Assembly (NCBI GenBank): GCA_046726415.1
Contig: JBKPAK010000103.1
Coordinates: forward strand, 15,597-79,596
Direction: 5' to 3'
From: Candidatus Methylomirabilota bacterium
Lineage (GTDB): Bacteria; Methylomirabilota; Methylomirabilia; Rokubacteriales; CSP1-6
Length of the DNA stretch: 64,000 bases
Shown: piece by piece, positions 48,976-57,125 of the stretch
Position numbering within the stretch: position 1 is the first letter of the stretch
How the letters are laid out: the number at the start of each line of letters is the position of its first letter
Program-made: the position numbers and the translations under genes
The notes under the pieces: generated by a model
Told to the model about the DNA's origin: nothing
Databases searched by the model: none
What the model saw: the letters and a program-made list of their open reading frames with translations, nothing else

Positions 48976-50268
48976 ATGCGCGAGTATCTGAAGGAGGCGG
49001 CGCCAAAGCCGCCGGAGTCGAACGAGGCGGTGCGCCGCACCGTGGCCGAGATCATCGCCGCCGTGCGCCAGGAGGGAGACACCGCCGTGCGGCGCTTTTC
49101 CGAGAGGCTCGACGCGTGGTCGCCCCCGAGCTTCAAGCTGTCGCCGGCCGAGATCGAGCGAGGGATCGCCCGAGTGTCGGACGAGGACCGCAAGACCATC
49201 GACTACTGCCGCGACCAGATCGCTACCTTCGCCCGTCGCCAGCGCGAGAGCATCGGGGAGTTCGAGGTCGAGCAGCAGGATGGCGTGATCCTGGGCCAGC
49301 GCCTTATCCCGGTGGATTCAGTGGGCGCCTACGTGCCCGGTGGGCGGTACCCGCTGGTGGCCTCCGCGCTGATGAGTGTCACCACGGCGAGGGTGGCCGG
49401 GGTGCGGCGCGTCATCGCCTGCTCGCCGCCAAGCCCGGTGGGCGTCCACGATGGCGAGCGCGGGATCTATCCCGCCACGCTCTACGCCATGGTGGCGGCC
49501 GGCGCCGACGAAGTTTTCTGCCTCGGCGGTGTGCAGGCGATGGCCGTCCTGAGCTACGGGACGGAAAGCATTCCGGCCGCCCACATGGTCGTGGGACCTG
49601 GAAACCAGTACGTGGCCGAGGCCAAGCGACAGATCTTCGGATCGGTCGGCATCGATCTCCTGGCGGGCCCGACCGAGATCCTGATCGTCGCAGACGAGCG
49701 CGCCGACCCGACCGTGGTGGCATGCGACCTCCTGGGCCAGGCCGAGCACGGACCGACGTCGCCAGCCATCCTGGTCACGACGTCCCGGGGGCTGGGCGAG
49801 GCGGTGATGCGCGAGGTCGAGCGCCAGCTTCCCACGCTCGGGACGCAGGAGGTTGCGCGCCAGGCGTGGGAGGCGAACGGCGAGGTGATCCTCGTGGAGA
49901 GTGACGAGGAGGCGGCGCGCGTGGCCGACGAGTATGCGCCCGAGCATCTAGAGGTACAGACCAGGCGGGACGACTGGTACTTTCAGCGATTGCGCAACTA
50001 CGGGTCGCTCTTCCTCGGCGAGGAGTCCACCGTGGCGTACTCCGACAAGACCGTAGGGCCGAACCACATTCTGCCCACTGGGCGGGCCGCGCGCTACACC
50101 GGCGGGCTGTGGGTCGGCAAATTCATCAAGACCGTGACCTATCAGCGTCTGACCCGGGCCGCCAGCGCACGGGTGGCCCCGATCGTCTCGCGGGTCTGCC
50201 AGATCGAGGGAATGCTGGCGCACAAGGCGACGGCCGATTTGCGCGAGCGCCGCTACGGCGGGGACTGA
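48976..50268 (+). CDS. Histidinol dehydrogenase family protein (possibly HpsN-like paralog)
   Basis: YVPGGRYPL, GPGN.YV, AGPTE, QAEH, EHL, GPNHILPT; outside any his operon. Confidence 0.85.
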   Translation: MREYLKEAAPKPPESNEAVRRTVAEIIAAVRQEGDTAVRRFSERLDAWSPPSFKLSPAEIERGIARVSDEDRKTIDYCRDQIATFARRQRESIGEFEVEQQDGVILGQRLIPVDSVGAYVPGGRYPLVASALMSVTTARVAGVRRVIACSPPSPVGVHDGERGIYPATLYAMVAAGADEVFCLGGVQAMAVLSYGTESIPAAHMVVGPGNQYVAEAKRQIFGSVGIDLLAGPTEILIVADERADPTVVACDLLGQAEHGPTSPAILVTTSRGLGEAVMREVERQLPTLGTQEVARQAWEANGEVILVESDEEAARVADEYAPEHLEVQTRRDDWYFQRLRNYGSLFLGEESTVAYSDKTVGPNHILPTGRAARYTGGLWVGKFIKTVTYQRLTRAASARVAPIVSRVCQIEGMLAHKATADLRERRYGGD

Positions 50269-50346
50269 CCCGGAGAATTCGCCTCGCCGCGGTCGGGTCA
50301 GCCGGATGGGCCGGCCCGCCGTCGCGCCACTGACGTGATCGCTGGC

Positions 50347-50919
50347 TCAGCGGCTCGGAATCCGCCAGAGAAAGACGAGGTGCTCGCGATTCTCGAGGTT
50401 CACGGTCACCGTACGCTCGGGGGGCCAGTCACCCAGATCGTAGTCGTGGGAGACGACCCGCGCGCCCGGCCGTAGTTCGCGCCGCAGCTTGGGTCGGAGT
50501 CTCAGGTTGACGTCGGGGCTCAGGTACATGGCCACCACCGTGGCGGCACTGATGTCGGACGCGAACAAATCCCCCTCGAGGAACGTCACCCGATCGGCTA
50601 CGCCGGCCTTGACGGCGTTGTCGCGGGCCCGGCGAACCATCTCGGGATCGATATCCACGCCGACCCCGCGGGCCCCGTACTGCTGGGCGGCCATGATGAC
50701 GATCCGCCCGTCTCCAGAGCCCAGATCGTAGACGACGTCCTGGCGACCCACCCCCGCCAGCTGCAGCATGTGGCGCACGACGACCAGATCGCTCGGCACC
50801 CAGATGACATCGAGCCTAGGACCCGGGCTCGCGGTGCTCTCCGGGCCGGGGAGCGCAGATCCGCACCCTGCGGTAAAGACCAAGGTCACGGCGACCACCA
50901 GGCGATTCACCAGTCTCAT
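50347..50919 (-). CDS. SAM-dependent methyltransferase with lipoprotein signal
   Basis: TAGC lipobox; YDLGSGDGRIV, LRPGARVVSHD. Confidence 0.85.
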   Translation of the reverse strand: MRLVNRLVVAVTLVFTAGCGSALPGPESTASPGPRLDVIWVPSDLVVVRHMLQLAGVGRQDVVYDLGSGDGRIVIMAAQQYGARGVGVDIDPEMVRRARDNAVKAGVADRVTFLEGDLFASDISAATVVAMYLSPDVNLRLRPKLRRELRPGARVVSHDYDLGDWPPERTVTVNLENREHLVFLWRIPSR

Positions 50920-51017
50920 CGCGTTTCCCCCTTCACCAGGGTAGCCCAATCACGTCACGCTGTCCGACGGTCCTCACCAGAACGTCAGCGTGGTCGGTTG
51001 GTCGACTTCCGGCGGGA

Positions 51018-52115
51018 CTACAGCTCGGGGGGCCACGCCTCCAAGGTCGCGCTCGAGCTGCGGAGATCGAGCATCTCCGGCAGACTCGGCGACTGCTGGG
51101 AGAGCTTCAGGTTGGTGATGCGGGTCATGCGCTGCACGATGAGGCGAATGCGCTCGACGGCGTCGAGGGTGGGACGAATGCGATCGGTCGCCGATTCGTC
51201 GATATGGTGGGCGATGATTTCGACGTTGCCCATGATGATGGCCAGCGGATTGTTGATCTCGTGGGCCGCGGCGCTGGCCAGACGCGCCACCGACCGCAGA
51301 GACTCCTCGCGGCGCTCGGCCTCTTCGGCGCGTTTGCGCTCGGTGATGTCCTCGTGCGCCACCACCGCGCGCATGCCTCCATCGCCCTCGAAGCGCGTGA
51401 TCCGCACGGCAAACCAGCGGCGGTCGGCGCCTTGCCACTGGGAGATTTCCCCGGAGAATTCCCGCCGCACTTTGCCGAGCACGTCGCCCATGCCCATCTC
51501 GATGGCGGCCACCTCACCGCCGCGCTCCGTCTTCCACACGTCGAGATACCTGCGTCCCACCGCGCCACCGGCCGACGCGTCATCGGGGGCGAAGAACCGC
51601 TGCCAGGCGGCGTTGGCGGCAACGATGTTGCCGTCGCGATCGATGATGGCGAGCTGCACGCTCAACGAATCGAGCGCTGACTGGAGCATGCTGTCCGACG
51701 GGGCGACCACGTCTCCGACCACGCCCCGCGCCGCGTTGAGGGCGGTGATGAGCACGCCCACCAGGATGAAAATGCCGATCCTGGCCACGTGCGGGAATCC
51801 CTGCTCCAGGGGGTAGAGCGGGTGGATGAACAGAAGCTCCACGCTCACGGTCGACAGCGCGGTGGCGGCCAGACCGGGACCCGCTCCGCCCGCCCACGCA
51901 CTCACCATGATGGCCGCCAGGAACAGCGGCGCGGCAACCGGCTTTAGGAGCGGCCACAGCGCGGCCGTCAGGAGGGCAGCCGTGGCGACGCTCGCCAGAG
52001 CGAGCAGGTAGGGCAGCAGCGAACTGTATGCGCCGCCACGCTGAGTATGCCAGGAGCGCCGACGGATGAGGGCGGCCGTCGCCAAGGCCAAGTCGGGCTT
52101 GAGCCAGCTGACCAT
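51018..52115 (-). CDS. Membrane sensor: DUF4118-like TM + PAS + HisKA, no HATPase domain; start uncertain
   Basis: TM segment W.GGAGPGL.AT; PAS (IIDRDGNIVAANAAW...HEDITERKRAEE); AHEINNPL; ends about 70 aa later. Confidence 0.75.
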   Translation of the reverse strand: MVSWLKPDLALATAALIRRRSWHTQRGGAYSSLLPYLLALASVATAALLTAALWPLLKPVAAPLFLAAIMVSAWAGGAGPGLAATALSTVSVELLFIHPLYPLEQGFPHVARIGIFILVGVLITALNAARGVVGDVVAPSDSMLQSALDSLSVQLAIIDRDGNIVAANAAWQRFFAPDDASAGGAVGRRYLDVWKTERGGEVAAIEMGMGDVLGKVRREFSGEISQWQGADRRWFAVRITRFEGDGGMRAVVAHEDITERKRAEEAERREESLRSVARLASAAAHEINNPLAIIMGNVEIIAHHIDESATDRIRPTLDAVERIRLIVQRMTRITNLKLSQQSPSLPEMLDLRSSSATLEAWPPEL

Positions 52116-52197
52116 GAGGGACGTCGGCGAGAATACCGGGACTACGGGAAGGACGCAATGGCCGCAGCCGGCTGTCCGCCGCACCACCACCACCAGG

Positions 52198-52235
52198 GTC
52201 GCACCCCACCCGACCATCAGTGTCGCACCCCACCC
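52198..52235 (+). repeat. 14-bp direct repeat with 24-nt period
   Basis: GTCGCACCCCACCC at 52198-52211 and 52222-52235. Confidence 0.85.
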
Positions 52236-52269
52236 CACGAGCAAGTGTGTGAGTTCATGAGAGTCTGCC

Positions 52270-52286
52270 TTGGCATTCGATTTGCG
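52270..52286 (+). promoter_or_regulatory. Putative sigma54 -24/-12 promoter
   Basis: TTGGCATTCGATTTGCG: GG-N10-GC with TGGCA and TTGC. Confidence 0.6.
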
Positions 52287-52298
52287 GTGAGGGAGGGC

Positions 52299-52616
52299 AT
52301 GATGGGGAAGGCTCCCGTGCACACGCCCTCGAGATCGGAGACCTGGCGCGACGCATTCCCCGGAATCTCTGGCGACGTGATCGCAAGGCTGAAGGCCCGA
52401 GGCATCCGCTCCGTGGCCGGCGCGGTACGCGCCGTCCGTCTGGCGGGTGATCGCAGTGACCCGGTCGCGCGCGCTCTTCCCCAGATGCCGTTCGACAACG
52501 TCCTCGACCGTGAGGCCGCTCACCTGTTCTTGATGCTGCAGGTCGCCGCCGACACGCCGCCGAATCCCTCGTCGGGCGCGGCAAGACGGCCTCGCCGCCG
52601 CGCGCCCGAGTGCTGA
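52299..52616 (+). CDS. Hypothetical protein
   Basis: GGGAGG + ATG downstream of the sigma54-like site; no recognised family. Confidence 0.4.
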   Translation: MMGKAPVHTPSRSETWRDAFPGISGDVIARLKARGIRSVAGAVRAVRLAGDRSDPVARALPQMPFDNVLDREAAHLFLMLQVAADTPPNPSSGAARRPRRRAPEC

Positions 52617-52646
52617 TCGCCAGCCACCAACCTCGCCATCGGGAAA

Positions 52647-52717
52647 TCGAAGAGCGCCCCGGCTTTACCGGGGCGCTCTGAGCGTCTGGGGTGAGGGGGG
52701 ACATATCGGGGGCCCCC
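52647..52717 (-). repeat. Two-stem REP-like element (reverse orientation)
   Basis: Perfect 12-bp stem AGAGCGCCCCGG/CCGGGGCGCTCT (52651-52679); on the minus strand it has the GACGCTC linker and TCGA end seen at 21226-21300. Confidence 0.75.
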
Positions 52718-52792
52718 GTCACTTGACGCGCAGGTACATGGTCGAGGGACTCACCGCAGGCGGCGTGAAGGGCTAACCGTCCACGGGCGGTT

Positions 52793-53071
52793 TCACCCTG
52801 GGGGGCGGCGGCGTTGCCGTAGTTCCTGGTGGATTTTCAGGTCGTGAAGGCGCATCACGAACGCGACGGCGGCAGCGGCGAGCCCGAGAGCTACCACGAC
52901 CACGAGGGTAAAGTAGTCGGACGCATCCTGTAGGCCACGGGTTCCTAGATACGTCACGATGATGGCCGATATGAGAACCACGCCTAGCAGCAGTCCCCGG
53001 TAGAGCCAGCGCTCGACCAGAAGGCGCCCCAGCGCCTCGTCGTCCAGTTCGCGCCAGTCTCGATCGCGCAT
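52793..53071 (-). CDS. Small two-TM hypothetical membrane protein
   Basis: 92 aa with two hydrophobic segments and a basic C-terminus. Confidence 0.6.
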   Translation of the reverse strand: MRDRDWRELDDEALGRLLVERWLYRGLLLGVVLISAIIVTYLGTRGLQDASDYFTLVVVVALGLAAAAVAFVMRLHDLKIHQELRQRRRPPG

Positions 53072-53086
53072 TGCGTTAGCCGGGAT

Positions 53087-53115
53087 TTGCAGTGGGCACG
53101 CTTGGTGTATACCAT
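53087..53115 (+). promoter_or_regulatory. Sigma70-type promoter for the UxxC-cstA-arsA operon
   Basis: TTGCAG(53087)-17 nt-TACCAT(53110). Confidence 0.55.
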
Positions 53116-53148
53116 CACGCCGACCGATCTTCGCTCGGGGGGTGAGTC

Positions 53149-53541
53149 ATGGCGCCACTGTCCCTCGACCGACCGATCCGTGTGGACGTCATCACCTATG
53201 TCCCCACGCGCTTCAACCACTGAAAGCACTGCGAAGTGACCTGGCAGGTCATGGGCCTTCGCCAGAAAGTGCAGCGGGAACTCCTGGAGACCGGCCTACC
53301 CGAGGATCTCAAGCAGGAGTTCCACGCGCTCTCCGAATGGGCGGGGGCGCTACCCGCTAAGTTCGGCGACCGCGTGCGCGTGCGGCTGATCGACGCGGTG
53401 TCGCTCGAGGGTTTCGTCAAGTCGCTGCTCGGGCGCTTCTGGCGATACCCCGCTTTCTCGGTCCGCGGACACCGCTACGTCGGCTCCGACTTCTCGCGCG
53501 TCGACGACCTCATTTCCACCCAGCTCGCCAAGGGGGGGTGA
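53149..53541 (+). CDS. Predicted thioredoxin-like selenoprotein, UxxC motif (TGA 53221-53223 = Sec25), 130 aa
   Basis: GGGGGTGA SD + ATG 53149; MAPLSLDRPIRVDVITYVPTRFNH-U-KHCEV in frame with ORF 53236-53541; RYPAF cis-Pro-like loop; SECIS-like hairpin after TGA. Confidence 0.8.
53224..53272 (+). promoter_or_regulatory. Putative bacterial SECIS element
   Basis: TGACCT/AGGTCA apical stem with GGC loop 19 nt after TGA; lower stems GCGAAG/CTTCGC and GCACT/AGTGC. Confidence 0.7.
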
Positions 53542-53601
53542 TGCCGACTCTTAACGGGCCAATAGTCCCCGTTCGGTCGAATTGCACGCGAAGGAGGAGG
53601 A

Positions 53602-55398
53602 ATGAACACACTCCTGGCCGTCATCATCGGGGCGCTCACCGTGTACCTCGTGTACACGCGGTACGCCCGGCGAATCGATCGCAACGTGATCCAGTCCGAT
53701 CCCAAGCGGGCCACGCCGGCCACCCTCTACATGGACGGCGTCGACTTCATGCCCACCAACAAGGCCATTCTCTTCGGCTACCACTTCAAGTCGATCGCCG
53801 CCGCCGGCCCCATCGTGGGGGCCATCGTGGCGGCGTCGCTGTGGGGCTGGCTGCCGGCCCTGATCTGGCTCGTGCTCGGCGTGTCCTTCATCGGCTGGGC
53901 CAGCGACTACAGCGGCATCGTGATCTCGGTGCGCAACGACGGCAACAGCCTCTCGGGGGTCGCTCATCGTCTCGTCTCCCCCCGGTCGCGCACCATCCTG
54001 TTCATGTTCATCTTCTTCTACCTGCTGGTGGGGGCCAGCGGCTTCATCAGCATCCTGGCCAGCGTGATGGAGGCGCAGCCCCGCACGCACGTCGGCATCA
54101 TCGTCCTCACGGCCATGGGGCTTCTGCTCGGGCAGATGCTCTATCGCTGGCGCACGGGACTGGTGGGCGCCACCGTGCTCACCGTGGGCCTGACCTTCAT
54201 CGCCATCCTGTCCGGTCCGCTCACGGAGGGTATCTCTCAGGGGTTCAACACCGCCCTCAACAACCTCACGGGGGGAGCACCGCTCGTCACCTACTTCGAC
54301 CCCACCGCGGCGGGCTTCAAGGGTGCCGACGCCCAGATCATGCCCAGCCTGCTCTTCTGGGCTCTGGCCATCAGCGCCTTTTGCTACGCCGGTTCTGTGC
54401 TTCCGATCTGGCGTATGGCCCAGCCCGTTGTCTACGTGGCGTTCTGGGTGAGCGCCACCGCCATCGTGCTCGGACTCGTGGGGGCGGGCCTGGCCACGTT
54501 CGTGAAGCCCGAGGTCGCCCAGTTCGTCATCCCGGCCTTCCGAGGCTGGAATCCACAGCTCGGGCCATCGGGAATGATGCCGCTTTGGCCGATGCTGTTC
54601 GTCACCATCGCCTGCGGCGCTATCTCCGGCTGGCACGCGCTCTTCGGTTCAGTCGGCACTGCCCGCCAAATCGAAAACGAGGCCGACATGCTGCCGGTCG
54701 GCGGAGGCTCGATGCTCTGCGAGTTCCTGCTCGGACTCCTGGCCCTCCTGTCGGTCGCCGTCGGCTCCAAGGGGGCACCAGTAGCCGCCTTCGCCACGGG
54801 GCTGGGTGGCTTCATCAGCGTCTTCGGGGTACCGATCCAGTACGCGACGTCACTGGCCTTCGCGGCCTTCATCGTCATCGTGCTGGTGGTGGCGCAGCTC
54901 CTGTTCCGGGTCATGCGGGTGACCTTGAGCGAGTGGCTGGGTGACGTCATCCCCCCCCTCCGCAGCCAGCATCTGTCGTCGTTCGTCTGCGTCGCTCTGG
55001 CCGTGGTGGTAGTCCTGACCGGCACCTGGATCTACATCTGGCAGCTGCTGGGCGGCGCCAACCAGCTCATGGCGGCGCTGGCCCTTTTGCTGGTCACGGT
55101 CTGGCTCGCCTCAGTGGGGAAGAACTGGCTGTACGCGGGGCTTCCCGCGCTCTTCATGTACGTGACCACGGTCGTCTCCCTCTTCGTCACCGCCTACAAC
55201 CTCTATGCGAACGTCTACCGGATCAACGTGGCGGAGGGACGGCTGGCGCCGGTGGTCGGCTCTGGGCTTCTCATCACCATTGCCATGCTGCTGGTGGTGG
55301 CCGCCCTCTTCATCGGCTACGACGGGCTCCGGGCTTTCATGCGCTACCGCAAGCGGCCGATGGCGGCGGCGCCTACGCCAGCCCCGGCGCGAGCCTAG
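53602..55398 (+). CDS. cstA: Carbon starvation protein A (CstA) family transporter
   Basis: TPA...DGVDFMPT, FGYHFKSIAAAGPIVG, LWPMLFVTIACGAISGWH, IWQLLGGANQL; strong SD. Confidence 0.92.
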   Translation: MNTLLAVIIGALTVYLVYTRYARRIDRNVIQSDPKRATPATLYMDGVDFMPTNKAILFGYHFKSIAAAGPIVGAIVAASLWGWLPALIWLVLGVSFIGWASDYSGIVISVRNDGNSLSGVAHRLVSPRSRTILFMFIFFYLLVGASGFISILASVMEAQPRTHVGIIVLTAMGLLLGQMLYRWRTGLVGATVLTVGLTFIAILSGPLTEGISQGFNTALNNLTGGAPLVTYFDPTAAGFKGADAQIMPSLLFWALAISAFCYAGSVLPIWRMAQPVVYVAFWVSATAIVLGLVGAGLATFVKPEVAQFVIPAFRGWNPQLGPSGMMPLWPMLFVTIACGAISGWHALFGSVGTARQIENEADMLPVGGGSMLCEFLLGLLALLSVAVGSKGAPVAAFATGLGGFISVFGVPIQYATSLAFAAFIVIVLVVAQLLFRVMRVTLSEWLGDVIPPLRSQHLSSFVCVALAVVVVLTGTWIYIWQLLGGANQLMAALALLLVTVWLASVGKNWLYAGLPALFMYVTTVVSLFVTAYNLYANVYRINVAEGRLAPVVGSGLLITIAMLLVVAALFIGYDGLRAFMRYRKRPMAAAPTPAPARA

Positions 55399-55421
55399 CG
55401 GGGAGGGGATCGAATCGTGCC

Positions 55422-55452
55422 GACGCGCGGGGGCTACGGCCCCCCGCGCGTC
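55422..55452 (+). other. Intercistronic 12-bp hairpin with C-TACG-G loop
   Basis: GACGCGCGGGGG / CCCCCGCGCGTC. Confidence 0.8.
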
Positions 55453-55512
55453 CGAGAGGTGTCGGCGCGAGCGCGTGCAGAGTTGCCGCGAGCGCGGACG
55501 GAAAAGGTGACG

Positions 55513-55806
55513 ATGACGGGCCGAATCGCCGCACAGTGGACGGACCTTCGCGAGGCATTCGCCCGCTTCGTCTACGGCCTGACGGGGTACGAGTTCGCCC
55601 GCCACGCCGTGGAGATGCGGCATCAGCTGGAGGCGGTGTTCATGATCGTGACCTTCGGCGATCTGGTGGGCGTGCCCATCCTGCCGCCCGTCTATTCGCT
55701 CCGGCTGCTGCCACACGTGGTGCCCGAGGTGGCGACGTGGAAGCGGCACCTCGCTCGCCGCAAGGAGTTCTGGGAGAAGGAAGAGTACGACCTCCACGGT
55801 CTCTGA
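55513..55806 (+). CDS. Small CstA/ArsA-associated protein 1
   Basis: 97 aa; FMIVTFGDLVGVPILPPVYSLRLLP motif shared with the next gene. Confidence 0.8.
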   Translation: MTGRIAAQWTDLREAFARFVYGLTGYEFARHAVEMRHQLEAVFMIVTFGDLVGVPILPPVYSLRLLPHVVPEVATWKRHLARRKEFWEKEEYDLHGL

Positions 55807-55829
55807 GCCGATGGAGCGAAGGGGACGCG

Positions 55830-56108
55830 ATGGCTGACGACCCGAAAGCGAAGAAGCGCGGAGGTCTGCTGGGCGCCTTCAGGGACATCGTTTACGGCAT
55901 GGCATCGCACGAGATGACCCGCCACGCCGTCCGCTCCCGCGCTAGCATGGAGCACCTGTTCATCCTCATCACCATGGGCGACCTGCTGGGCATTCCCATC
56001 CTGCCGCCCTACTACTCGCTCCGGCTCCTGCCGTACGTGACCCCGCAGATCGCCGGCTGGAAGCGCCGCATGCTGCGCGAGCGCGACGTCACCGACATCC
56101 TCGGATGA
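55830..56108 (+). CDS. Small CstA/ArsA-associated protein 2 (paralog)
   Basis: 92 aa; FILITMGDLLGIPILPPYYSLRLLP. Confidence 0.8.
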   Translation: MADDPKAKKRGGLLGAFRDIVYGMASHEMTRHAVRSRASMEHLFILITMGDLLGIPILPPYYSLRLLPYVTPQIAGWKRRMLRERDVTDILG

Positions 56109-56140
56109 CGCGGATCAGTCGTCCGCGCTAAGGAGATTCC

Positions 56141-57115
56141 ATGTCGCTGCGCGAGGCGTTCGAGAGCCAGCCCGACCGGCGCTACGTGATGTTCGGCGGC
56201 AAAGGCGGGCTCGGCAAGACCACCCTCTCCGCCACCAGCGCTTTCTGGCTGGCCAGCCAGGGCAAGCGCGTGCTGCTCTTCTCCGTCGATCCGCAGGCGA
56301 GCCTATCCGACATCTTTCAGCGCGACATCTTCGGCCAGGGCCCGGTTCCCATCATGGAGAACCTCTGGGCCCAGGAAGTCGACGCCGACCGGCGCATCCG
56401 CGAATACCAGGAGGAAATTCGCAAGAAGATCCTCGACATGTACGGCTTCGAGCGCGTCCCCGAGGAGATCGACAACTATATCAGCGCCGCCTCGGCCGAG
56501 CCCGCCATGGAGGAGAGCGCCATCTTCGACGCCGTGGTCGACATCATCGTGCAGGGGGACTACGACTACTACATCTACGACCTCGTCCCCCTCGGCCACG
56601 CCCTTTACTATCTCTCCATGGCCAAGGTCTACGACGAGTGGATCAACAAGATCACCAAGCTCCGCGAGGAGATGCGCCAGTACGACCAGGTGGCGGCCAC
56701 CATGCGCCGCGAGCAGCAGCTCGAACAGGACCAGATCCTGGGCGAGTTGACCTATATCAAGGAACGGATCAACGCCTCGTCCAGGATCCTGACCGACAAG
56801 GCGCGCACGGCTTTCTTCTTCGTGGTGGTCCCCGAGGAGATGATCATCCTCGACACCCGCAAAGCCGCCGAGCTGTTCGCGCGCTTCGATGTCCCCATCT
56901 CGGGCTACATCGTGAACCGAATACTCCCGCCGGAGCTAGGTCAGGCCGGCATCCCCGTCTACCTCAAGAATCGCCTGGCCATGCAGCACAAGTACCTCGA
57001 TGAGATCCGGGGGGCCTTCGGCACGGAGATCCGGGCCTACGTTCCGGAGATGGAACGCGATGTCACGGGACTCGCCATGATCGAACGCCTCGCCCGGCGA
57101 CTCTTCGAGAGCTAG
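56141..57115 (+). CDS. ArsA/Get3 family ATPase 1
   Basis: GKGGLGKTT, SVDPQASL, DLVPLGH; no Cys; AAGGAG SD. Confidence 0.9.
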   Translation: MSLREAFESQPDRRYVMFGGKGGLGKTTLSATSAFWLASQGKRVLLFSVDPQASLSDIFQRDIFGQGPVPIMENLWAQEVDADRRIREYQEEIRKKILDMYGFERVPEEIDNYISAASAEPAMEESAIFDAVVDIIVQGDYDYYIYDLVPLGHALYYLSMAKVYDEWINKITKLREEMRQYDQVAATMRREQQLEQDQILGELTYIKERINASSRILTDKARTAFFFVVVPEEMIILDTRKAAELFARFDVPISGYIVNRILPPELGQAGIPVYLKNRLAMQHKYLDEIRGAFGTEIRAYVPEMERDVTGLAMIERLARRLFES

Positions 57116-57125
57116 GGACCCCACC

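Noticed and set aside
52198-52235. CRISPR-like repeat
   Set aside because: Only two 14-bp units with a 10-nt gap, and no cas genes.
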